Origin: Candidatus Poribacteria bacterium
GTDB taxonomy: Bacteria; Poribacteria; WGA-4E; PCPOR2b
Assembly: GCA_965215015.1 (NCBI GenBank)
Contig: OZ244042.1
Span: 608,001 to 672,000, forward strand
Length of the DNA: 64,000 nucleotides
Direction: 5' to 3'
Shown here: positions 11,047 to 20,497 of the stretch, one piece after another
Layout: each line of letters opens with the position of its first letter
How positions within the stretch are numbered: the stretch's first letter is position 1
The notes under the pieces: generated by a model
Database searches by the model: none
The model's input: only the letters and a program-made list of their open reading frames with translations
What the model was told of the DNA's origin: nothing
Position numbers and translations under genes: made by a program

Positions 11047-11180
11047 GGCTGATGTCAAAAGGAAGTGCAAAACCCTAAGAACATGAAACGTGAAAACAAA
11101 TTGGTTCATGGGTTCATTAGTGCAGTCGGGTTAGAAAACCTGACCTACGGTTTCTGTTGAACAATTTCTTAACATACGCC
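11047..11180. mobile_element. Degenerate MITE, sister of 51225-51428 in the opposite orientation
   Basis: Ends GGCTGATGTCAAAA and TTCTTAACATACGCC; internal GTGCAAAAC, TGAAACGTGAAAAC and TGCAGTCGGGTTAGAAAACCTGACCTACGG align with the reverse complement of 51225-51428. Confidence 0.75.
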
Positions 11181-11228
11181 AATATAATATCTGAAAGACA
11201 AAGCAATTCAGGAAAAGTCGTTGAATGG

Positions 11229-11256
11229 CAGGGGGTGAGGTGGGCTCACCCCACCT
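11229..11256 (-). terminator. GC-rich hairpin directly after the stop codon of the 11259-12026 gene
   Basis: GGGGTGAG-GTGGG-CTCACCCC stem; no clear U-tract. Confidence 0.4.
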
Positions 11257-11258
11257 GT

Positions 11259-12026
11259 CTAAACCAAAGCGTTCAAGATTTGGGCAAAGCGAGGCACGGC
11301 GGTCATTGCAGGCTCGGCGGCTTCATATTCGATTGACAGATACCCTTTGTACCCCTGTGCTTTGAGCATTCTGACGATTTCGGAAAAATCCGCTTCCTCT
11401 TTGCCCTCGTCTTCTTTTGGAATTTCTGTCTTCGCATGGGCAGTTACGGCGTAAGGTGCGACGCGTGCGAGTGAACCGTAGGGATCTTGACGGAAGTTAC
11501 CTGTATCCAAGTTCACACCGACCCACTCCGAGTTAACCGACGTAATCAGATCAATAACCTGATCCGCTGTAGAAGTTATCCCTCCGTGATTTTCCAACGC
11601 TAGCAAGACACCACGGGGCGCAGCGTATTCTGCACACTCCTTTAAGCCGTCAATTGTCCATTGACGGGCTTCTGCCTCACTATGTCCTTCCGGTGTTCCT
11701 CCAGCGAACACTCGCAGGCAGGGTGCTCCGAGTTTAACGGAGATGTCAACCCAATTTTTAACATATTTGATCTGCTCGGCGCGTTCACCGGCGTCAGGGT
11801 CTGTGAAGCGATTGCCAACAGCCGCCGCCGAAACCTGTAACCCAAGCAGATAGCATTGACGTTTCAGGGTATACAAATAATCATCGTCCGTTGACGAGAA
11901 ATAGTAAGCGGTCAACTCAACACCGTCCACGTCCATTTCGACCGCTTTTTCGAGAAAACCCTTGAGGCTCATTTCACCGCTCGTCAAATACTGGCGAAAT
12001 GAATAGGCGGCACATCCAACCTTCAT
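11259..12026 (-). CDS. Sugar phosphate isomerase/epimerase (xylose isomerase-like TIM barrel)
   Basis: LALENHGG, NLDTGNF, HAK and SIEYE metal-ligand motifs. Confidence 0.88.
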   Translation of the reverse strand: MKVGCAAYSFRQYLTSGEMSLKGFLEKAVEMDVDGVELTAYYFSSTDDDYLYTLKRQCYLLGLQVSAAAVGNRFTDPDAGERAEQIKYVKNWVDISVKLGAPCLRVFAGGTPEGHSEAEARQWTIDGLKECAEYAAPRGVLLALENHGGITSTADQVIDLITSVNSEWVGVNLDTGNFRQDPYGSLARVAPYAVTAHAKTEIPKEDEGKEEADFSEIVRMLKAQGYKGYLSIEYEAAEPAMTAVPRFAQILNALV

Positions 12027-12033
12027 GACTCCT

Positions 12034-12423
12034 CTATGCCTCCTTACGTTCTAGCAGCTCAATTTCGTAGCCATCCGGATCATCGATGAACGCCATCTTC
12101 ATACCGCCGGACGTGAACTGCTCGCGCCAACCGTTGGGCCAAATCTCAATGCCATCTTTCTCCAACGTGTCACAGTAGGCGACAAGATCTGGCACACCGA
12201 TGGCGAAGTGCATCAAGTCTTCGGGGACATTGAGTTCATAATCGGGTGAATAGGTTAATTCGACGGAATGCAGGTTACCGGGTAATTCCAGATGAGCGAT
12301 CTGATTGCCGGCAGGCGATTTGTCGCTTCGACTTTTGACGACAAAGCCTAAATGCTCGCAATACCAATTAATTGATTTATCGAGGTCACTTACTCGAACA
12401 CGGGTGTGTAAAAAAACAGCCAT
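12034..12423 (-). CDS. VOC/glyoxalase family protein (lactoylglutathione lyase-like)
   Basis: FLHTRVRV, ELTY, HFAI and FIDDPDGYEIEL. Confidence 0.88.
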   Translation of the reverse strand: MAVFLHTRVRVSDLDKSINWYCEHLGFVVKSRSDKSPAGNQIAHLELPGNLHSVELTYSPDYELNVPEDLMHFAIGVPDLVAYCDTLEKDGIEIWPNGWREQFTSGGMKMAFIDDPDGYEIELLERKEA

Positions 12424-12484
12424 TGGATTTCCTTTCTGTTACCGGTGCTGGATGAATTTACTGAGGCGGAGGACAATTTTAAAT

Positions 12485-12564
12485 AATATAACACACGCTC
12501 CATGATCAAGCAAGTCCTTTTCAAGCAAATCTTTGTTGAAAAATGGCGTTGGATGTGAGATAAT
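12485..12564. promoter_or_regulatory. Divergent sigma70-like promoters
   Basis: Minus strand TTGCTT-N17-TATATT toward the VOC gene; plus strand TTGAAA(12536)-N17-GATAAT toward the TPR gene. Confidence 0.5.
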
Positions 12565-12603
12565 TAAATAGGTTCATAGGGTCATTGAACTGATAAACTC
12601 ATG

Positions 12604-12786
12604 TCTGAATCAGGATACTCAGGATTCAAGGATTTACAGGATAGAGCCTGTGAAGTCTCGTATTGTATCAATAGGTCGAAAGGAATAAACGGAATGCAGA
12701 TCTGCGTTCCCTACATAAGTTAACATCGACTAACCCCAAAAGGTGAAAAACCGGTTTCTTTAGCATAAGCAGCAACTTGGGTTATA
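12604..12786. repeat. Repeat cluster
   Basis: TCTGAATCAGGATACTCAGGATTCAAGGATTTACAGGAT (compare 3065); partial palindrome GGAATGCAGATCTGCGTTCCCTAC (12691-12714, compare 24650); GCAACTTGGGTTA (related units at about 3448, 17364, 51506). Confidence 0.65.
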
Positions 12787-12796
12787 GGGCTTTATC

Positions 12797-14041
12797 ATGA
12801 ATACGATCAAATATCTCCTCATTCTTGCGACGACAGCAGTCGCTACGATTTCAATTGGGTTGGCTCAAGAGTCAACGGAAAACCCCGAGTTGGATTCCAA
12901 ATTGTATGAACTCCACTTTCAAAAGGGCAAGGCGTACAATGGCGATGGAGACAAGGCACTTGCTCGGAAGCATTTCCTGACGACAATCTACCTTCATCCG
13001 GATCACGCTGGTGCGAACTATCAACTGGGGTTGATGGCATATAGCGACAATAATTATTCGGCTGCCATCTCTTTCTTGGAAAGAGCGAGCGTGGAAATGT
13101 CGGATAAGATTGAACTTTACTACTGGCTTGGGGGTGCATATTGGAAAAAGAGCCTAGCAGAAGGCTCGATAAGAAACTATCGAAAAGCGGTTGCACTCGA
13201 TCCGCAGCACGAGAATCCCTTTTCACTCTACGCGCTAGAGAATCTCGCCGAAGTTTATACCCGGACGGAACATCTCCAAGAGTCCATGGAGGCTTACCAG
13301 GCAGCACTGAAACGCGAAACGCGGAGGGCGTGGATTTCTAAGATTAGGGATCAGATTGCTGAGCTCCATTTGACCATGGGCACCTATCAAGACGATGGGA
13401 ATACGCGATACAATGAAAAAGGCGAAGCCATCGGCGGCATTGGTGATGGAGATATGCGTACCAATCGCTACTTTGAGATAGCCAGACACACCACTGATCC
13501 GGTCAAAGAAACAATCTATTATCAGAAATCGATCGAAGCGGATCCGGGGATGTATCAGTCGTATTTTAATTTAGGTTGGGCGTTGACTCGGCAACGGAAA
13601 TACGCTGAAGCGATCCCCGCTTTTATCCGCTCAGATGAAGTTTGGCGACAGGCCCAGAGCTGGAATCCAGAGGCGATTCCCAAAATTGACGCGCACGCAT
13701 TTTTAGCACTCTGCTATGTCGAATTAGGGGAACCTGAAAAGGCACTTGATTTTGCCGAAATCGCGCTAGACTCCGCCCCAAATTACTATTATGGTTTGTT
13801 ATATAAAGCAAGAGCGTTGACTAAACTGGGGCGTCCTCAAGGCGCAATATCTATTCTGGAGGGCTTGGTTGACGCAAATCCGGACGAAGCAGAAACATTG
13901 TATGCACTTTACGAGGGTTACCACGCAGCTTTGGAGCCGAAATTGGCACTTGCTGCGCTACACCAAGCTGTCCGCGCTCAGGTGGACAGGCAACAGAAAA
14001 CACGTTGGGAAGAAAAAATCAACGTGCTGACAGGAAAGTGA
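12797..14041 (+). CDS. Secreted TPR-repeat protein
   Basis: Signal peptide ending GLAQE; multiple TPR helical pairs. Confidence 0.85.
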   Translation: MNTIKYLLILATTAVATISIGLAQESTENPELDSKLYELHFQKGKAYNGDGDKALARKHFLTTIYLHPDHAGANYQLGLMAYSDNNYSAAISFLERASVEMSDKIELYYWLGGAYWKKSLAEGSIRNYRKAVALDPQHENPFSLYALENLAEVYTRTEHLQESMEAYQAALKRETRRAWISKIRDQIAELHLTMGTYQDDGNTRYNEKGEAIGGIGDGDMRTNRYFEIARHTTDPVKETIYYQKSIEADPGMYQSYFNLGWALTRQRKYAEAIPAFIRSDEVWRQAQSWNPEAIPKIDAHAFLALCYVELGEPEKALDFAEIALDSAPNYYYGLLYKARALTKLGRPQGAISILEGLVDANPDEAETLYALYEGYHAALEPKLALAALHQAVRAQVDRQQKTRWEEKINVLTGK

Positions 14042-14091
14042 TTATCAATATCTCTTTCGTAAATTTAACTTAAAAAATAAGGAGAAGTATA

Positions 14092-14838
14092 ATGACACGA
14101 TTTAACCGTTATGCCCTGATTGTGGGCATAATAACTTCGATGATTTTAGCAACGGGGGTTTTCGCTGCTGAGAATCCATGCAACCCGGGCGGTGGGGAGG
14201 CAACAAATCCCTGCAACCCATGTTCGGGGATGAAACACTTTGGAATCAACGATCCCGGAGGCAGAGATGTACTCACCTTCGATTCCAAGGCACCGTTGGA
14301 AAAAATCGTTGGCACAACCAACAAAATTATGGGTCACGTTCAGGTCAATCCAAAGGACATCACTAAGGGGTTGAAAGCAGCCTTTGAATTGGATCTCGCC
14401 AGCCTGAAGACAGGAATTGACAAACGTGATGAGCATATGCGGGATAACTTCTTGGAGACAGCCAAGTATCCCAAAGCGATGCTTACCATAGACAAAGTGA
14501 CCAAAGCCTCTGATAACATGCTCATGGATGGAAAGACGCTTACGGTAGACACTGAGGGCACTTTATCGCTACACGGGGTTAAGAATACCGTTCAGCTTAA
14601 AGATGTTACGGTCACCTATTTTGACGAGAGTGAAGCCACCAAGGGCAAAATGCCAGGAGATCTCCTAATAATTAACGGAGGTTTTTCACTGAATCTTCCT
14701 GATTACAATATCGAGGTGCCTCAATTCATCTTTCTCAAGTTGGCAGAGACAATAAAGGTGAGTGTGGATTTGACCGGTTCAACAGCGACAATGGGGGTTG
14801 CCAACCCTTGCAATCCGTGTAACCCCTGTGGAAAGTAG
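14092..14838 (+). CDS. Secreted YceI-family protein with N- and C-terminal Asn-Pro-Cys repeats
   Basis: Signal peptide; YceI motifs SKAPLEKIVG, LKTGIDKRDEHMR, LETAKYP and GTLSLHGV; NPCNPG..NPCNPC and NPCNPCNPCGK tails. Confidence 0.88.
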   Translation: MTRFNRYALIVGIITSMILATGVFAAENPCNPGGGEATNPCNPCSGMKHFGINDPGGRDVLTFDSKAPLEKIVGTTNKIMGHVQVNPKDITKGLKAAFELDLASLKTGIDKRDEHMRDNFLETAKYPKAMLTIDKVTKASDNMLMDGKTLTVDTEGTLSLHGVKNTVQLKDVTVTYFDESEATKGKMPGDLLIINGGFSLNLPDYNIEVPQFIFLKLAETIKVSVDLTGSTATMGVANPCNPCNPCGK

Positions 14839-14862
14839 GGTTAGAGAGAAGCGTATCTGTAA

Positions 14863-14883
14863 GGGAGGGTTTAAAACCCTCCC
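14863..14883 (+). terminator. Hairpin (REP-like or terminator) after the YceI gene
   Basis: GGGAGGGTT-TAA-AACCCTCCC. Confidence 0.5.
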
Positions 14884-14890
14884 GATAAAT

Positions 14891-15040
14891 CAAGGGTGCT
14901 CATAATTCAGCCAAGAAATTGTGCAGACATAGACATCTGTGATCTGTGAGAGCATCTCCTGATCGCAATGGTTTCCGAAAATCCGGGGGAATCGTGGCAA
15001 GGAGGCCACTCCTAAAGAAAATAGTTATAAGCACCCCTCG
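14891..15040. mobile_element. 150-bp MITE-like element
   Basis: Inverted ends AAGGGTGCTCATAATT / AGTTATAAGCACCCCT, flanked by the direct repeat GATAAAT (14884-14890 and 15041-15047); a similar right end occurs at about 3331-3346. Confidence 0.65.
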
Positions 15041-15066
15041 GATAAATGGGTTTGAAAGGATCTCAA

Positions 15067-15747
15067 ATGAACGTATCCGTTATCATCCCCGCCTGCAATG
15101 AGGAGGAGTCGATTGGCAAAGTCATCGCTGACATTCCCAAGGCCTGCGTTCGAGAGATTATTGTTGTTGATAACGGTTGTCTTGACCAAACGGTTAAGGT
15201 GGCTCGCGCTGCGGGGGCACGGGTGGTACGGGAAGCGCGCAAAGGCTACGGTTCTGCGTGTCTCGCTGGTATTGCTGCGCTAAACGCACCGGAAATTGTG
15301 GTGTTCCTCGATGGAGATTATAGCGACTTTCCGTCGGAGATGCCGTTGCTCCTCCAACCGATTCTCGCTGGTGACACAGAGATGGTAATCGGTTCTCGGA
15401 TTCGTGGAGTGCGTGAGAAAGGGGCTTTGCTCCCGCAGGCTCGCTTTGGAAATGCGGTTGCCACTTTTCTGATTTGGCTGTTATTCCACGTCCATTACAC
15501 TGACTTGGGTCCCTTCCGCGCGATTCGCTATGAACGATTATTAGCGATGGATATGCAGGACAAAACCTTTGGGTGGACGGTTGAGATGCAAGTTAAAGCG
15601 GCAAAGATGGGGTTGCCTGTGTGCGAAGTGCCGGTTAGCTACCGGAAGCGGATTGGGCAATCAAAAATTACAGGGACAGTTAAAGGAACAATTTTAGCCG
15701 GATATAAGATTATCACAACAATCCTTCGTTACGGTTTAGCACCATGA
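15067..15747 (+). CDS. Glycosyltransferase family 2 (DPM-synthase-like)
   Basis: VIIPACNEE, VVDNG, GYGSA, FLDGD, TDLGPFRAI and RIGQSK; ATG 15067 follows AAAGGA. Confidence 0.9.
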   Translation: MNVSVIIPACNEEESIGKVIADIPKACVREIIVVDNGCLDQTVKVARAAGARVVREARKGYGSACLAGIAALNAPEIVVFLDGDYSDFPSEMPLLLQPILAGDTEMVIGSRIRGVREKGALLPQARFGNAVATFLIWLLFHVHYTDLGPFRAIRYERLLAMDMQDKTFGWTVEMQVKAAKMGLPVCEVPVSYRKRIGQSKITGTVKGTILAGYKIITTILRYGLAP

Positions 15748-16493
15748 AAAGACTAGAAAAAATTTGGTATCTGAAGCATTTTGATATCTTCAAGGATTTG
15801 ACTGACAGAGAAATCAATGTCATTGATCGCATCTCATACATGAAGCATTATAACCGACGTGAACGGATCTACAGTCAAGGGGATCCGGGGGATGTGGTTT
15901 ACCTACTCAAAGAGGGACGGGTCAAGATTTACAAACTTTCCCCTGATGGCAAGGAGTTGACGTTGGCAGTTCTTGAATCGGGCGAAATCTTCGGTGAGAT
16001 GGAGTTAATCAATGAGGGACCCCGTAACACAATCGCAGAGCCGCTGGAGGATTCATATATCTGTGTGATACGTCGTCGAGATTTTGAAATGCTGCTGAAG
16101 AAGAAGCCAGATTTGGCGATGCACGTCACCAAACTGATTGGGCTGCGACGGCGGGAGATTGAAAATCAGCTTGAAAACTTAGTGTTCCGAAATGCACCGT
16201 CTCGGCTTGCTATCCTGCTAATGTCCTTGGCAGAAAAGCACGGTGTGCGTGATAGTCAGGGAATTATTCTGAACGTGAAGCTTTCGCAGCAAGAACTCGC
16301 GAATTTAATCGGCACAGCACGCGAGACGACAAGTGCAATCCTCAATGAGTTCAAGCGGCGCGGTTTTATAGACATCCGCAACCGGCGAATCAAGATTCTG
16401 GAGCAGTGGCAGCTTAAAAAGCTCGCGGACGCACAGATGAAAGAGTTTCTAATCAAGGTTGACCGTGAAGAGGAAAGCGAAGCTGTTGTCTAA
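15744..16493 (+). CDS. Crp/Fnr-family transcriptional regulator
   Basis: cNMP-binding domain (GEIFGE, PRNT) and HTH SQQELANLIGTARETTS; ATGA overlap with the GT2 gene. Confidence 0.93.
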   Translation: MKRLEKIWYLKHFDIFKDLTDREINVIDRISYMKHYNRRERIYSQGDPGDVVYLLKEGRVKIYKLSPDGKELTLAVLESGEIFGEMELINEGPRNTIAEPLEDSYICVIRRRDFEMLLKKKPDLAMHVTKLIGLRRREIENQLENLVFRNAPSRLAILLMSLAEKHGVRDSQGIILNVKLSQQELANLIGTARETTSAILNEFKRRGFIDIRNRRIKILEQWQLKKLADAQMKEFLIKVDREEESEAVV

Positions 16494-16510
16494 TGCTGTA
16501 ACCCTTTGTC

Positions 16511-16822
16511 CCATGAACCCATTGAGTTAAGAATTCATTAATTGCACCAATGAACCAACATAGCTCCAGTGGGGCGACAGGTGCAAATGACAGCACGGCG
16601 GAGGACGCCTATTATTGCCGCGGTCTACGGCACGCGGAGCGTGCATACTACTGTCGAATGAACTGTAGTTGCCCGATTCATCGGGCATAGTGAGTGGTAT
16701 CGTCCGGTGATAAGGCACCGAGGGTACCAGGACTCTTGCGCTATAGTTATGGCTCAACCAATCATAAACATTGCGCGACTTTTTCTGGTGTTGGCTTTGA
16801 GCCTTCAACTGCGTAAGTCCTA
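16511..16822. repeat. Repeat cluster
   Basis: CCAGTGGGGCGACAGGTG unit (related to about 3411 and 17327), ACGGCACGCGGAGCGTGCATACTAC (16627-16651, compare 6907), CCCGATTCATCGGG (16672) and TIR TTCAACTGCGTAAGTCCTA (16804-16822). Confidence 0.65.
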
Positions 16823-16924
16823 ACTTCTTAATGATTGATTGCAGGGGGCGCGGTTAAGAGGGTTTTCTGCACCCGATTGCAACATCATGACTCGCTTAAA
16901 ATCCTCCCAAAGGAGGAGGTAGTT

Positions 16925-17209
16925 ATGCAGTGTTACTTGAGTATACTATTAGGGGGAAGCCTCACTTCAAAAACCTGCTCACGTTGATGAGTCTGTTTCT
17001 CAGCGTGGTTGGGGCCCCATAACGCATCAGCACTCATCGCACAAACAGCGAGGGACAATGCCGTAGCAGTCTATGAAGGTGTTGAAAATTACGCCGCGGT
17101 CGTTCACACCCACAAAGCTGATTCGATGCAGCCTTCAGAAAGCTTGGTCACGTCCTTTCTTGCCAAAAATTCGGTTTCTTTCTTCGCTTCGTGCTTTCTT
17201 TTAAGATGA
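16925..17209 (+). pseudogene. Possible remnant of a secreted-protein gene
   Basis: Very strong RBS AGGAGGAGGT before ATG 16925; two in-frame stops, then protein-like text (SALIAQTARDNAVAVYEGVENYAAVVHT) in the same frame. Confidence 0.35.
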
Positions 17210-17413
17210 GCCGAAAAAAAATAGCCTTTGCATCAGAAGTGTGAGAAGCGGGATAGCGATAGAAATTAATTGTGATGTGCCTTTTCCTGTTTTATGCTCA
17301 TAGGGATTCAACATGGAAACCTTCATTTCTATACACATGCCGCCCTCCTGAGGCTTTAAGCGGCAATTTGGGTTACTCATGCAGCATGTGAAGGTGAGAC
17401 AAAGGTGGAGAAG

Positions 17414-18322
17414 ATGTCACTATTTGAAAAACTAGGCATTGTAACGAATATTTGGACGAAACGCATTGATGATGGCGACCGGTTTGAAGATCTCGCCCGC
17501 CAGTTTAGTGACCATGGCTTCAAAGATATGGAGGTGCGCGAGGGGGATTATCTCCGTAACTCCGAATTTGGTGGCTTGATAGGTGAGGTTGAAACGGCGA
17601 TGGGACGTTATACAGACGATCAGTGGAAAGCAATCTGCGATGTGATCTGGGAAGAGGACCGGGATCCGGTGGTTGCGGCAGCAGATAGCTCCCTATTTAC
17701 GCGTGTCAGCGCGTTTGTGGAGTTGGCGCGGGATTTGACCCTGAGTTACGCCATGTCGCACTCATGGCTCGCTGCGCCCGAAGATCTGGAAGCGGATACC
17801 CAGCAGATTATCCAAGCGAAAAAACTGGCGTATCTGCTGTGTCCAGCGAGCGCACGGTTGCGGATTGTTGGACTTGCACCTACGGGGGGAAAAACGAATC
17901 CACAAGCTGCGGTTGCCAATGTGGAACGGTATCGGTCGCTGCTGCCAAACTGTCCGATGGTTTTTGCGGTTGAAAACTCACGCCAACCGGCGACCTTTAC
18001 GCTCGATCTGGCGGTACGAGGTGGGGCACTATTGACCTATGACGAGGCGAATACCTACCGCGACGATGGTACAACGGTCAACCCGCCGGAGGAGTTTTGG
18101 AGTGCTGTGAAAATGGAAAATCTCACTTCGGTGCATTTCAAGCAGAAAACGGCAGACGGCGTTTTGTCACAAGTTAAGGACGGATATGTCGATTTTGCAG
18201 CGATTGGCAACCGTTTGGTGGCAGGAGATTACCAGGGTGATCTATTGCTCGAAAACTCCCCAACAGACCAACCTTTGGAAGATGCGATTTCGAGTCGAGC
18301 GTATCTTTCAAATCTCCTATAA
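17414..18322 (+). CDS. Divergent xylose-isomerase-like TIM-barrel protein
   Basis: FAVENS, TYDEAN, VHFKQK and LLLEN reproduce the E/D/H/E ligand spacing of the family. Confidence 0.7.
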   Translation: MSLFEKLGIVTNIWTKRIDDGDRFEDLARQFSDHGFKDMEVREGDYLRNSEFGGLIGEVETAMGRYTDDQWKAICDVIWEEDRDPVVAAADSSLFTRVSAFVELARDLTLSYAMSHSWLAAPEDLEADTQQIIQAKKLAYLLCPASARLRIVGLAPTGGKTNPQAAVANVERYRSLLPNCPMVFAVENSRQPATFTLDLAVRGGALLTYDEANTYRDDGTTVNPPEEFWSAVKMENLTSVHFKQKTADGVLSQVKDGYVDFAAIGNRLVAGDYQGDLLLENSPTDQPLEDAISSRAYLSNLL

Positions 18323-18355
18323 TGCGGGGATTGGAAATCGTGTTGAGTTGCGGAA

Positions 18356-19276
18356 TTAAGCGGCTATTGACTGTACCCCGGAGGAACGGATAAGACGGAA
18401 GTATGCAATTTCTGGGGTTGTCATAAACCGGATTGGAACGCCTGTGACTCCGAGTCCTCTAGAAATATAAAGCCTTGACGCACCGACATAGAACAGGCCA
18501 GCGAGATACTTGTTCCCTACCTTGGGGGGGACAAACGGCAACGAGATTTGTCCGCCATGTGTGTGCCCCGACAAGACCAGATCAAATCCGTGGTGGGCAA
18601 TTGATTCAATCGGTTGTGGGTTGTGCATTAAGAGGAAACGCGGTTCATCAGTCGAAGGTAGAAACGCTAACGCACGCTCCAAATCGAAATCCCCTGCGAG
18701 AAAATCGTCGCAGCCGACGAGCCATAGGCGGTCACTCCCGCGCTGTAGCGGAGCGGATTCATTCATTAAGACTTGGATACCTCCTGCGGTCAAGGCGTTG
18801 ATTACTTCAACGCCATCCCCTTTCCAACGATTTCGCAAAGGGAACACACTTGCATCTAAATCGTTGTTCCATTCGTTGTTCCAATGGTCGTGGTTGCCGA
18901 GGACCGCATAGATGGGAATCCCTGCTTCAACGATAATTTCACAGATAGCCTGCGCTACCGGCTGTGCATATTTTTTTTGACGGGTGATATAATCCCCGGT
19001 CATTACGACCAGATCCGGCTGTAAATCCACTACCTGTCGAAAGCAAGCTTGGAGATAATCTAGCGTTACAATCGAGCTGTGATGCAGATCTGTGAGTTGA
19101 ACAATCGAAAACCCTTCAAAAGCGGGTGGAAGATTAGCAATTGAGATTTCGTGCTGTGTAATTTCAATCCATTGTGGTTCAATTAAGCTCTCAGAATTGG
19201 TCAGTGTAATTCCGCTAATCCCCACATTAAACAGTGACCTATGTAACGCTCTACGTCTTTCTGCTTTGGGTGACAT
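18356..19276 (-). CDS. Calcineurin-like metallophosphoesterase (YkuE-like)
   Basis: TDLH, TGDY, GNHD, MHNP, SGHTHGGQ and SRGLG. Confidence 0.92.
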   Translation of the reverse strand: MSPKAERRRALHRSLFNVGISGITLTNSESLIEPQWIEITQHEISIANLPPAFEGFSIVQLTDLHHSSIVTLDYLQACFRQVVDLQPDLVVMTGDYITRQKKYAQPVAQAICEIIVEAGIPIYAVLGNHDHWNNEWNNDLDASVFPLRNRWKGDGVEVINALTAGGIQVLMNESAPLQRGSDRLWLVGCDDFLAGDFDLERALAFLPSTDEPRFLLMHNPQPIESIAHHGFDLVLSGHTHGGQISLPFVPPKVGNKYLAGLFYVGASRLYISRGLGVTGVPIRFMTTPEIAYFRLIRSSGVQSIAA

Positions 19277-19328
19277 GGATAGTATGAGTCCTTATTTTAT
19301 AGATATAATATAAAGAATAGTCTCCAAT

Positions 19329-19357
19329 AGCATAGCATAACCCCGTTATTTTTGCAA
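19329..19357 (-). promoter_or_regulatory. Sigma70-like promoter of the metallophosphoesterase gene
   Basis: TTGCAA-N17-TATGCT with a TG extension. Confidence 0.5.
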
Positions 19358-19393
19358 GTGCGGTAACTCTAAAATACCAAAGTTTTAACGATT

Positions 19394-20464
19394 ATGGAGA
19401 AGAAGATGACATTTAGGGTCGGCGTTATTGGGTGTGGCCGCATGGCAAACACCATCGAAGACGAACAGATAGAAAGAAGGAAACAACGTCCTTATCGCGG
19501 TGGTTTGGCACTCCCCTACTCTCACGCGGCGGGCTACGCTGCTATTGATGACACGGAAATCGTCGCTGCATGCGACATCCATGAGGAACGCTTAGCGAAC
19601 TTTGTCGAGCGATGGAATGTTCCTGCCGCCTACACCGACTACCGTGAGATGATTGAAAAAGAAAATCTCGATATCGTCAGTGTCACCACGCGTCCTGAAC
19701 AACATGCGGAGGAGATGGTGTTCGCCGCAGAACACGGCGTTAAGGGGGTCTACGCGGAGAAACCGCTCTGTATGACACTCATGGAAACAGATGCTATCCG
19801 AGAGGCGTTTGAGCGCAACGGTGTTCATTTGGAGTACGGACCCATTTATCGCCACTGGGCGGCTTATGAGCAAGCGCGGACTATCGCCGAGAGGGGGGAA
19901 TTGGGCGAGGTCCAATCGGTGCTAGGCTTTGAAGGCAAGGCTCTTGAAGGTCACTTCATTGATTTGCTGCTGTATATGCTAGGCGATCCAGAGCCCGTGT
20001 CAATTCAGGGAATCATCTCAAAACTCCACCCACCCGAAGGCGACACCTCCGGTATGAAATTTGTCCAAGATACGTCGATCCTGTCAGCACTCATCAAGTT
20101 TGATAATGGGACAACCGCACATGTGGCGGGCACCGGCGTTGGCAGGGAGATTGAACTGGTCTGCACTAACGGCGTTATCCGCGTTGTCAACGATGGAGAG
20201 GCGGTACAGATGCGGCGTCGAAACACAGCGTCGGATGCGTGGGATACAGTCCCGGTTGAGCACATACCGCCGCGGAGTGGCACGGTGCACCTCATCCGTG
20301 ATCTCATCCAGTCAATCAAAACCGGAAACCCCGGCAAAAGCAATCTCCGCGTGACGCTGCTCAGTCAAGACATCGGATTCGGCATTTACGAGTCCCATCT
20401 GCGCGGTGGTGTGCCCGTCAGTCCACCTATCCCGAATCGAGAACGGTGGGTTTCCAGTTGGTAA
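19394..20464 (+). CDS. Gfo/Idh/MocA-family oxidoreductase
   Basis: GVIGCGRMA, DIVSVTT and EKP. Confidence 0.9.
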   Translation: MEKKMTFRVGVIGCGRMANTIEDEQIERRKQRPYRGGLALPYSHAAGYAAIDDTEIVAACDIHEERLANFVERWNVPAAYTDYREMIEKENLDIVSVTTRPEQHAEEMVFAAEHGVKGVYAEKPLCMTLMETDAIREAFERNGVHLEYGPIYRHWAAYEQARTIAERGELGEVQSVLGFEGKALEGHFIDLLLYMLGDPEPVSIQGIISKLHPPEGDTSGMKFVQDTSILSALIKFDNGTTAHVAGTGVGREIELVCTNGVIRVVNDGEAVQMRRRNTASDAWDTVPVEHIPPRSGTVHLIRDLIQSIKTGNPGKSNLRVTLLSQDIGFGIYESHLRGGVPVSPPIPNRERWVSSW

Positions 20465-20497
20465 TCCCCAATCCACTGGGTTAACCTCACGCCCTGT

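Noticed and set aside
16985-16990. Selenocysteine read-through at tandem TGA codons
   Set aside because: No redox motif context or recognisable SECIS hairpin; decay is the simpler explanation.
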